A stretch of DNA of 64,000 nucleotides. Source: an uncultured bacterium. Lineage in GTDB: Bacteria > UBA8481. Of the stretch, positions 56,030 to 64,000 are shown piece by piece. The position numbers and the translations under genes are program-made. The notes below the pieces were generated by a model that was given only the letters and a program-made list of their open reading frames with translations, was not told where the DNA came from and did not search any database. The stretch's first letter is position 1; every line of letters starts with the position of its first letter. The stretch spans positions 124,001 through 188,000 of the forward strand of contig CAZCME010000002.1 in assembly GCA_964499705.1 (NCBI GenBank), in the 5' to 3' direction.

Positions 56030-58248
56030 CTTCCACCTTCCGCAGCAGGAACCGTGCCACCTGCGGGGGAATCCTGCGCAGGCGCGGGAGGCACCGCCGG
56101 AGCGGGTGGATTGGCTTCCTCGTGGCATGTACCGCAGATGAGTTCAACTTTGGAAGGGTCGGCCTTGGAATGGCAGTCGTTGCACGACAGGCCCAAAGGA
56201 ATATGTTTCGGATGCGGGAATGGTTTCCAACTTGTGGGAACCGGCTCTACCGGACCGTTACCATGGCAGGAGGCGCAGGCGGGAGTCATTCCTTCCTGGT
56301 GGTGGCATGTGTTGCAGCTCGGCTCGATTCCCATCCGCGTGCCGGAGGGCTTGTGGCAGTCGAGGCATTCAAGGCCCAGGCCCACATGCGTCTTGTGCGG
56401 CAGCTTCGCGTCCCTGAACCGGACCGTCTCCGGGAGCGGCGCGGCTGCGCCATGGCACTTCGCACAGGCGGCCTTGCTGCCACCGGGCTTGTGGTGGCAA
56501 CTGGCGCAGTCGGGCAGCGAGATCGCGGACAGTCGCCGCTCGCCGCGGATCGTCTTCATGTGGCAGGTTTTGCAATCGACCTTCGCCGCCGTGTGTTTCT
56601 GGTGCTGGAACGCAATGCCGCGATAGTTCACGGGGCCGGACGGACCGGAGCCATGGCAGGCCGAGCAATTTTCCTTCTGATAATGATGACAGGAGACGCA
56701 GTTCTCCTTGTTGAGCTTCACCTGTCCATGGCGCGATCGCGGGAAGGTCGGCGACGCGGCGTCATGACACTTTTCGCAGGGGATACCCAGCTTTTCGGTG
56801 TGCGGAGTATGCAGGAATGTCGAGCCCTCGAACCGTAGCGCGCCTTCCGGAGCCTTCAGATGGCAGAAGCGGCAATCGAGCCCGTGGCCGTTCACGGCGG
56901 GCGGGGGAGGCGGCGGCGCGTCGCGAATGCCGCGAGCCAGGTCTTCCGCCTTCTGAAGGAGATCGCGCGCGAGCGTGGGATTATGCACCGCGCGACCGTT
57001 TCTCACGCGCTCCAGCATGTCTCTTGCGCGAGCCTTGTCTTCCGCGCCGGCGCGTGAGGAGGCGATCGCTCGTTCGACTTCCGATATGCGCTTCTTGAAG
57101 AACGTCTGCCAGTTCGGAAGGAGATTCTTCGCCATCTCGCCATGGCACTTCACGCATTCCGCGTTCTGCCCATGGCGAGTATGGCCCGCGTATGTATCGC
57201 GGCCGTTATTGTTGACGTCTTTGGTATGGCAGCCGACGCATTCCACACGCGCGGCGAGCATCGGACCGACGCGCGGTTCGGTTTCGCCGAGAACCGAAGC
57301 CGCCGTTCCTTCGGCGAGATTCACTTCCGCGTCGTGCTGACCGGCATGGCAGTTGCCGCATTCCAACTTGGCCACGCGACGCTTGGATTCGTATCCGTGC
57401 GTGATCTCCTCGTGGCAGTCGGTGCACTCGACCTTGTGTTCGGTGACGTGCTTGGTGTGGAGAAAATCCGGAGTGTCCATCAGGTCGTTGATCGGGAAAT
57501 TATGGCAGACGAAGCAGCGGGAGCGGGGTACGAAACCATCGCCGGTCGTCAGCGACGCATGGCAGGAGACGCATTTGACTCCCCGCTCCGTGACCTCGGA
57601 GTGGATATAGACCCGGCCTCCGGGCAGGGTGATCGTATCCGCCGGAACGTGATGACAACCCTGGCAGGTTCCGATCGGCTCGCCGACAGGCTCGTTCTTG
57701 AAGTGGCAGAGGATGCAGGTCGACGTCGTGACCGTCAGGTGTTCGCCCATCACCACCTGCGAATGGCAGGAGACGCAGCGCAGTTGTTTGCCGCGCCGCA
57801 TCTTTGTCAGGTGGGGAGTGTGATCGAACTTGATCCCGTTGAAATCGACTTTGCCCTCAAGAAGACGCGTCTCATGGCAGCCCGACCTGAGGCACGAAGC
57901 GTCATCCACTTCCGCCCACGGTCGCGTGCCCGCCGTGCCGGTGAAATACTTGGCGACCTGGGACAGGCCCTCCATTTTCGCGCGGATCGTTCCCTTGATT
58001 CCGGGCGACATGTGGCACTCCACGCAGGAGACGTTCTTATGCGCCGAAGTCTGCCATGACTTGTAGTATGGATCCATGATGTGACAGGCGTTTCCGCAGA
58101 AGGACGGCTGCGAAGTGACTTCCACGAGCGTTACGAAGCTGACGGTAAAGACGAGGAAAGAAGCGATCCCGATCCGAGTCACCAGTCGGATCCAGTCCTG
58201 CTTCGTCGCGCGCGACGTGAAACGCAGCCATCCAGGGATACGCGTCAT
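56026..58248 (-). CDS. NapC/NirT-anchored multiheme cytochrome c (22 CxxCH plus CX3CH and CX4CH)
   Basis: N-terminal TM, TSQPSFCGNACHIM..SW..SAH..CVECH NapC signature; motifs counted by eye. Confidence 0.9.
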   Translation of the reverse strand: MTRIPGWLRFTSRATKQDWIRLVTRIGIASFLVFTVSFVTLVEVTSQPSFCGNACHIMDPYYKSWQTSAHKNVSCVECHMSPGIKGTIRAKMEGLSQVAKYFTGTAGTRPWAEVDDASCLRSGCHETRLLEGKVDFNGIKFDHTPHLTKMRRGKQLRCVSCHSQVVMGEHLTVTTSTCILCHFKNEPVGEPIGTCQGCHHVPADTITLPGGRVYIHSEVTERGVKCVSCHASLTTGDGFVPRSRCFVCHNFPINDLMDTPDFLHTKHVTEHKVECTDCHEEITHGYESKRRVAKLECGNCHAGQHDAEVNLAEGTAASVLGETEPRVGPMLAARVECVGCHTKDVNNNGRDTYAGHTRHGQNAECVKCHGEMAKNLLPNWQTFFKKRISEVERAIASSRAGAEDKARARDMLERVRNGRAVHNPTLARDLLQKAEDLARGIRDAPPPPPPAVNGHGLDCRFCHLKAPEGALRFEGSTFLHTPHTEKLGIPCEKCHDAASPTFPRSRHGQVKLNKENCVSCHHYQKENCSACHGSGPSGPVNYRGIAFQHQKHTAAKVDCKTCHMKTIRGERRLSAISLPDCASCHHKPGGSKAACAKCHGAAAPLPETVRFRDAKLPHKTHVGLGLECLDCHKPSGTRMGIEPSCNTCHHQEGMTPACASCHGNGPVEPVPTSWKPFPHPKHIPLGLSCNDCHSKADPSKVELICGTCHEEANPPAPAVPPAPAQDSPAGGTVPAAEGGR

Positions 58249-58275
58249 GATCTATTCTCGCAAGGGAGCCCGGAA

Positions 58276-58812
58276 TTATTCTCCGTGAGGTACCATGATC
58301 TCATTGCCGGCTCCCGGCGCCCCTGGCCTGTATAATGAATGCGCGGAACTTGGAATAAATCGGATGACTTTTGAAAGTGGAATCATAACGACGACGAGAA
58401 GCGCCGGCAGAGTGGCATACGCGTAGATGGTGAGGATGACGGGGTTCTGCGTTGCCGCCGCGAATGAGAGAAGATGCGCGACAAGAATACCGGCCCAGAC
58501 AGGACTGCCGAGGAGAATGGCGATGCCGGATCCGGTTGCCGCGCCAGTCGCGAAACGGTAAAGTGAAACGGAATGAGGAAAAAAGAGGGCGTGAATCGGA
58601 GCGGCAGCGACTAATAAGACCGCCATGATGAGGCGATACCTGTCGCTGTCATGGCGCATCCTCTTCACGCCCAGGGCCGCCACCGCCATGGTGACAGCAA
58701 AGGAGAGATAAAGACCAGTGCATCGCGCGCAGAGCGGGAGCTCCACGGGCCCATCCAAGTGATGGACCCGCGAGCAAATCACCCACCCGGCGTTGACGAG
58801 TTGTTCCAGCAT
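58276..58812 (-). CDS. DUF2085-like membrane protein
   Basis: IC..PLCARCTGLY motif, RFATG, several TMs. Confidence 0.7.
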   Translation of the reverse strand: MLEQLVNAGWVICSRVHHLDGPVELPLCARCTGLYLSFAVTMAVAALGVKRMRHDSDRYRLIMAVLLVAAAPIHALFFPHSVSLYRFATGAATGSGIAILLGSPVWAGILVAHLLSFAAATQNPVILTIYAYATLPALLVVVMIPLSKVIRFIPSSAHSLYRPGAPGAGNEIMVPHGE

Positions 58813-58933
58813 CAGCAGTCATCCCCGGGGGTATCACGAAGAGCGTCGCACTTCGAGTCACGCTGCTCGCTTGCTACAACTGCGGCGAAACGCATCAATT
58901 GTTCTGAAATGAACATTGTCTGTGAATATCATC

Positions 58934-58949
58934 AGCAAGCCATGTACCA
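58934..58949 (-). promoter_or_regulatory. Sigma54 (-24/-12) promoter for the cytochrome operon
   Basis: Minus strand TGGTACATGGCTTGCT, GG-N10-GC, in AT-rich intergenic DNA. Confidence 0.7.
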
Positions 58950-59139
58950 TAGGATCAAGTATTGATATATTATGAGATAAGACCTATTGCTTCCTGATTG
59001 TGGGAAAACGTTCACATGACCGACTCCAGATTCCGAGAAGGACTAGATTAGTCCTGTATTGCGGAAGATGGGATGGTCAGCAATCCTTCTGACGAGCAGG
59101 ATCCTGAACCGTCTGTAATGAGATGAAGGCGAATGGAAA

Positions 59140-61287
59140 TCATCTCGCCTCTTTTTCGAGCCTGGCGGATCGAAGATTTTCGACCGCATCCGAAAATGAT
59201 GGCTCGATCTTTAAAGCTGCGGCGAAATGCTCGATCGCTTCATCGATTTGGCCCTGTCGGGCGAGCAACACGCCCAGGTTGTTGTGGGATCGGGAAGCAT
59301 GATCTTCGAACCTGAGCGCGTTTCGGTATTCCCTGATGGCGGAGAAGTTATCTCCGCGCTTCTCGGCAATGACCCCCAATCCGAAGTGAGCATACCCATT
59401 ATCCGGCTTGAGCTTCAACGCGCTCTTGAGATGATTTTCCGCCGGGGCAAGGTCTCCGGATTGCGTGTAAAGAACCGCGATGTTGACATGAGCGTCTGCT
59501 GATCCGCTGTCCAGTTCTATCAACCGCAGGTATTCCGCAATGGCATCATCGTTTCTTCCCAGGGACACGGATACTTCTGCAAGGCGCTGATGAGCCGGCG
59601 CCGATCCCGGCTCGATGGCGATGATGGCCAGATATTCCTCCGCGGCTCGTGGCAATCGCTTAGACAATATGAAGAGTTCGGCGCGCTGAAAGCGAATCGA
59701 TAGATCGCGCGGAGATTGCTCCGCGGCGCGTTGATACCATCCGGCCGCCTCGTCGATCCGTCCCATCCTCTCCGCCGATTGGCCCAGCATGGCCAATGTA
59801 ACCGAGTCCTCTCCGAACTCATCACGGGAGCGCAGCAGCAGGCGATGCGCTTCATCGAGCTTTCCGCCCCAGCCGATGACCTTGGCGAGAGTCTGAAGAG
59901 CCCGAGCCTGCATGCCCGTATCGACCGATTCCAGGAGGCTGCGCGTCACCTCCACGATCTCCTCGGTTCCCCAGGATGAGCCAGGGTGGACCACTCCGTT
60001 GTCGATCAGCCGCCCCAGGATCGCGAGCGCCAATATCCGATGTCCCTCGATGGTAGGATGAACATGATCAAGAAACCAATCCTCGCCTGGAATATCGTGA
60101 CCGGCTCGTTCGCATTCGGATTCGATCATCTTGTCGAATTCGATCAACGGAGCGTTCTGCTCGGCGGCGACATCGCGGACGATCTGCTGCATCGGAGTCA
60201 TGATCCGCAGTGGGCAGATATCCTCGTCCACCGCGCGGTTGAATGACGCCATGGCCTCATCGACGCGCCCCAGAGACAACAACGCCTTTCCACGGAGAAA
60301 ATGCAGTTCCGCATAACGGTCGTCGATGTCGAGGGCTTGTTCGAACAAGGCCAGCGCCCGCGTGGTGTCCCCGATTTCAGCGAGTCGCTTTCCTCGATCA
60401 ACTATTTCCCACCAGCGCGCGAGTTCCTCCGCACGCAGATTATCCTTGTGGACGCTCTTGAAGGGGGAGGCGTTCTTCAGGTTGTTGGCCGGAGTAACGA
60501 AGAGTATTTCGCTTCCTGCTGCCCGTGCAATCTCGATCATGCGTTCGAGATTGGCGCGATAGTGAGCGATAATGGCGCGCCGGAGCAGATCATCTCGCAC
60601 ATAGGATGTCGGGCCCACGGTTTTACCCAGTATCTCGTCAACCTCCTCGTTCATCTGGAAGCGCGTCGCGGAATCGGTTCGGATCGGCCTGTACGCCTCT
60701 TTCATGGCGGAATAGACGCGGCATTTATCGAGGATGACATCCAGATTCCGCACCCATTCCGGGATCTCGATGATTTCCCGATAGGTCCGTTCTTCGAGAA
60801 ACTCGTTATGCCCTGAATATATGATGAAGAGATCGGGTTGGTACTGCACGAGCTCTTCCATCAATTTCGTCACGCGATAGCTGGCATAGCTGACACCACC
60901 CGCGTTGATCACTTGCCAATCCCTGCCGGGTTCGCTTCGACGCAGAAACTCCTCCAGCCAGTTTCCAAACGCCGTCGTATGATCGTAAGGGTGGCCGTAG
61001 GTCGTGGATCCACCCATGCAGAAGATGCGATAACCGTTCCGAGGTTTCTCTTTTAGAAAGGACTGGACGTTGAAGAAGTTGCGCTTGTTCGGCGACGTGA
61101 CCAGCAACCGCGTACCATCGCTGTCCGTTACCTCCTGGAAAAGGGGCTGATATCCGGAGAAGCCGACGTAAGGGTCGCCCGCGATCGAGATCCGCGGCGT
61201 GCGCACGATGGCAAGAAAGCCTTCCGCGGTAAGAAAGATCAGGATGTTGGCCAGAAGTGCGTAGCAGGCTTTCCGCTTCAGCGTCAT
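59140..61287 (-). CDS. Membrane-anchored SGNH/GDSL-like hydrolase with TPR repeats
   Basis: RIFCMGGSTTYG, INAGG.SY, YSGHNE, DHVHP, C-terminal TPRs. Confidence 0.85.
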   Translation of the reverse strand: MTLKRKACYALLANILIFLTAEGFLAIVRTPRISIAGDPYVGFSGYQPLFQEVTDSDGTRLLVTSPNKRNFFNVQSFLKEKPRNGYRIFCMGGSTTYGHPYDHTTAFGNWLEEFLRRSEPGRDWQVINAGGVSYASYRVTKLMEELVQYQPDLFIIYSGHNEFLEERTYREIIEIPEWVRNLDVILDKCRVYSAMKEAYRPIRTDSATRFQMNEEVDEILGKTVGPTSYVRDDLLRRAIIAHYRANLERMIEIARAAGSEILFVTPANNLKNASPFKSVHKDNLRAEELARWWEIVDRGKRLAEIGDTTRALALFEQALDIDDRYAELHFLRGKALLSLGRVDEAMASFNRAVDEDICPLRIMTPMQQIVRDVAAEQNAPLIEFDKMIESECERAGHDIPGEDWFLDHVHPTIEGHRILALAILGRLIDNGVVHPGSSWGTEEIVEVTRSLLESVDTGMQARALQTLAKVIGWGGKLDEAHRLLLRSRDEFGEDSVTLAMLGQSAERMGRIDEAAGWYQRAAEQSPRDLSIRFQRAELFILSKRLPRAAEEYLAIIAIEPGSAPAHQRLAEVSVSLGRNDDAIAEYLRLIELDSGSADAHVNIAVLYTQSGDLAPAENHLKSALKLKPDNGYAHFGLGVIAEKRGDNFSAIREYRNALRFEDHASRSHNNLGVLLARQGQIDEAIEHFAAALKIEPSFSDAVENLRSARLEKEAR

Positions 61288-61295
61288 CCGTCTGC

Positions 61296-61895
61296 TCAGG
61301 GCAGGGGAAAGATGCTCACCGAGGCTGTGCGGCCGGCGTCAAAGTAGACACTGATGTTAAGACCGTCTTTTTGCCATGCCGCGTCACCGTTGCCGTCCGA
61401 GGAGACTGTCTGCGTCTGAGGGGAACCCCATGCTTCGACCAGCTGCTGGTACGACTTACCGGCCGCAAAGGCCCGGTGTTCCTCAATCTTCTGTGCGGTC
61501 GCGCCCTCGGATTTCTCAGGGATCGTCTTGCCCATCTTGCGAAGAAGATCGTCCATGCGGGCTGGTGTGCTGAATCCGCTCAAGACGCACGCCGTATCGG
61601 CGCCCCGAAAGACGAGCACCGGAAATAAGATAGGCTCGTCCTTGCGATCCTGCGATTTCACCGGAACGCGCACCTTGATCCGATAGAACCAAATCTCGCC
61701 TTCCGAGTCCGTGCGTGTTCCTGCCGGCGCGCCCATCGCCGCATCCAGCTCCGAACGGGTCTTACCCACCGCTGCGAGACCGAACTCGTCCCGCGTCAAG
61801 ATATGTTCCTTGGGCGCGCCACCGCAACCCCACAAGAATAAGACGGACACCAGAGATGCGAGAAACCGACAAGGATGAGAGAATTTCATTTTCAT
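61296..61895 (-). CDS. Lipoprotein with two SmpA/BamE-like repeats
   Basis: Lipobox LWGC; GKT..E..MGAP..W.Y and GKS..WGSP..W repeats. Confidence 0.6.
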   Translation of the reverse strand: MKMKFSHPCRFLASLVSVLFLWGCGGAPKEHILTRDEFGLAAVGKTRSELDAAMGAPAGTRTDSEGEIWFYRIKVRVPVKSQDRKDEPILFPVLVFRGADTACVLSGFSTPARMDDLLRKMGKTIPEKSEGATAQKIEEHRAFAAGKSYQQLVEAWGSPQTQTVSSDGNGDAAWQKDGLNISVYFDAGRTASVSIFPLP

Positions 61896-61932
61896 ACCGT
61901 ATCACATTTACCGAATGATGGATTGCAAATAA

Positions 61933-61962
61933 CGCAGGGGCACGATGATCCGTGCCCCTGCG
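61933..61962. repeat. REP-like hairpin / possible terminator
   Basis: CGCAGGGGCACG-ATGATC-CGTGCCCCTGCG perfect 12-bp stem. Confidence 0.7.
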
Positions 61963-61996
61963 GTTGGTTGCTAAGTTGCTGCTACTACCGCTTTGA

Positions 61997-64000
61997 CTAC
62001 CAGTCGCTGCCCGGCGGATTCCATTTGGACTGACCGGTGATGTGTCGGCCCAGAACACGCCAGGTGTTTCGGAGCATCATGGTCTCGAATTCCGAGTTGT
62101 GATGGCCGGTCGTGTTGAGTTCATCTCCGCGCAGGAAGAAGAAGACGTTGAAGACAGCGCGCATCTCATCATTCGAGATCTGGTTCGCTTTCGCTCTCAG
62201 GGGATTGTAGATGTACACCGATGTAGACTTGAAGATGCCGCCCGCCGAATCCGTTCCCGAGGCGCCGATACCGGAGGTGTAGCTGGACGATGTGTCATTA
62301 CCCGTTCCGACCGACAAGGCCGCGATGATTCTTCCGCGAAGGCCTGCGATCTCCTGGGAGTAAGTTCCGATCGTGCCATTACCGTCGTAGTCGGCTGCAG
62401 CGGGGGGATTGTCCCCGATCAACTGTCCCGTCGTGCGGGAGATGCCCCACGTGGTTCCAAAGCCGTTCCCGGTGGAAGCTGAGGTTCTCACAGGGTTCGA
62501 CGTATTCCCCGTGTAATTAGCGTCGTGGCAGACGCCGCAGGCGCGCAAATCGAGTTTCCAGCTATGCCCGACATCCTCCATTGTTGCGGTTCCGGTTGCA
62601 GATACTCCATCCTTCTGGGAATACATGTGGCAGGTCACGCAGGTGAACCGCACGTTCGTCTTCATGAGCGGAGCGCTGTTTCTGGTTACCAGCCTGGGTT
62701 GACCGTTCTCATAAACATACGCCTGGAAGCTCAGGAGCTGACCCCATGAGTCCGCATGCGCGCCGATTCGAGGCGTATCGATAACCGCCCCGAGGGCGTT
62801 CGTGTCGACGCCGTAGAAAAGGGTGTCAAAACGGATGACCGCTTCGGAGAACGTATCCATGAATGTAGCGGGTTTGAGGTTGCCGCCGTCCCCCACGATC
62901 CCGAAGAACGCAGACGTGGTCACGCCATAGTGCGGCACGCTCGTTGCCTGAATGGAATCCGAACCGCTCGTCTTGATGCCGGCGCCTGCGCCGTTCGAGA
63001 GAGGACTACGTGCATAGGCTTGATAAGCCGGGTTATGGCAGTGGACGCAGGTCGCGGCCTCATACGAAACTGGATATGGCATGGATTTGTTAGTCGTCAC
63101 GGAACCCGAAATAGTGGAGACATAAGACGAGTCGCCGAAGTAGCCATACTCAAAAGCTGTTGTGCCGTTGTACATCCTGAGCGCCTTGTTGGGCGCGGGG
63201 GTGGACATGTGCGGCAAATGGCACGCCTGGCAGGTTTGACCTTCCTGCGATTGTGCGGGCCGGACGGCGACGACGGTTCCGCCGGTTAAGTTCTGCCTGG
63301 TGTCGGTGTTCGTCAGATAAGTCTGAGCCCCTAAAGCTTCATGGCATCGCATGCAACTGGTTGTCCAGTTACGCGCGACAAGTTTCCCACCATGTCCTGT
63401 ATGACCGTTGAAGACATACGTTTCATTGTTCACCTGTGAAGGCAGGATGGCGTCGAATCCGGTGCTTCTCCACTGAGCGCCATAACCGGCGCCATGGCAG
63501 GCCATGCATCGGGTCGGCTTCACGAGCGCGGTTGCTCCTCCGGCCGCCAGCAACGTAATATTCTGCACCAATGTTGCCGGTGAGTCCGATCCTAGAGTTA
63601 TGGTCAACGTCGCCGACTCACGCCCGTCCTTCATCGCCGTAATCGTGTAGCGACCCGGTGAATCCAAAAGCAAGGAGTACTTGCCGTTCGGACCTGTAAC
63701 CGTGCCTCGCGTGGTATGGTCAACCGTCACCCAAGCACCCGCGGTGTCGTCCAGATTGACGGCGCCGGTAACGAAAATGGTTCCTTGGACGAGCGCCAGG
63801 CTACTATCCGGCACCCTGTGAAGCCGATTAAGGAGATAGGAGTCATATGCCTGAGCTGCGGCTAGTGCGGCTGCAGTGCCGTCGCCGAAGCTCGTGCCCA
63901 GCGTCGAACTCGGATTATGACACGCCGACTGGCACGAGTTGGGCATTGTCTCCGAAGCGCTGGCATTGTAGAAACGCCGCGTGTTGTGCGGCCGGATCGC
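61997..64000 (-). CDS. Large multiheme cytochrome c with carboxypeptidase-regulatory-like beta domain (5' end outside window)
   Basis: Frame stays open to 64000; CQSACH plus 6 CxxCH; TGPNGKYSL..PGRYTITA beta domain; Thr/Ser/Gly-rich. Confidence 0.85.
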   Translation of the reverse strand, partial: AIRPHNTRRFYNASASETMPNSCQSACHNPSSTLGTSFGDGTAAALAAAQAYDSYLLNRLHRVPDSSLALVQGTIFVTGAVNLDDTAGAWVTVDHTTRGTVTGPNGKYSLLLDSPGRYTITAMKDGRESATLTITLGSDSPATLVQNITLLAAGGATALVKPTRCMACHGAGYGAQWRSTGFDAILPSQVNNETYVFNGHTGHGGKLVARNWTTSCMRCHEALGAQTYLTNTDTRQNLTGGTVVAVRPAQSQEGQTCQACHLPHMSTPAPNKALRMYNGTTAFEYGYFGDSSYVSTISGSVTTNKSMPYPVSYEAATCVHCHNPAYQAYARSPLSNGAGAGIKTSGSDSIQATSVPHYGVTTSAFFGIVGDGGNLKPATFMDTFSEAVIRFDTLFYGVDTNALGAVIDTPRIGAHADSWGQLLSFQAYVYENGQPRLVTRNSAPLMKTNVRFTCVTCHMYSQKDGVSATGTATMEDVGHSWKLDLRACGVCHDANYTGNTSNPVRTSASTGNGFGTTWGISRTTGQLIGDNPPAAADYDGNGTIGTYSQEIAGLRGRIIAALSVGTGNDTSSSYTSGIGASGTDSAGGIFKSTSVYIYNPLRAKANQISNDEMRAVFNVFFFLRGDELNTTGHHNSEFETMMLRNTWRVLGRHITGQSKWNPPGSDW

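Noticed and set aside
1-64000. tRNA, rRNA, riboswitch, prophage or integrase
   Set aside because: None recognised by eye; GGTTCGA-like strings fall inside CDSs. A tRNAscan-SE/Infernal run would be needed to exclude ncRNAs in the 20330-20500, 33730-33960 and 58820-59140 spacers

Overview
High-GC (by eye about 60-65%) bacterial chromosomal segment, densely coding. I found no rRNA, tRNA, CRISPR array, transposase or integrase. From left to right: radA (partial), class-III aminotransferase, FecR-domain protein, divergent transketolase, amidohydrolase, GAF/HD-GYP protein, a MacAB-type ABC exporter, clsB/ybhP-like pair, an epimerase-GT2-asnB-recQ operon, a duplicated [small membrane protein + TPR-cNMP protein] module around an ABC-2 exporter, and an SNase-HhH (ComEA-like) protein. 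A large multiheme/NrfD respiratory system with sigma54 promoters occurs in two blocks (30.6-33.7 kb and 47.5-58.8 kb). The best candidate for an undescribed system lies between those blocks, at 35.0-45.6 kb. Two divergent arms each start with a small paralogous membrane protein (shared SNKD..YP motif) and each encode a full-length ComEC whose metallo-beta-lactamase metal ligands are lost. One arm also encodes a 1138-aa protein with two tandem Fe-S PD-(D/E)XK (AddB/Cas4-like) nuclease domains. Separately, many genes look leaderless (TANNNT 6-7 nt before the start codon), and a dispersed ~28-32 bp repeat supplies the -35 box for three of them. All family calls come from motif recognition by eye; no searches were run.
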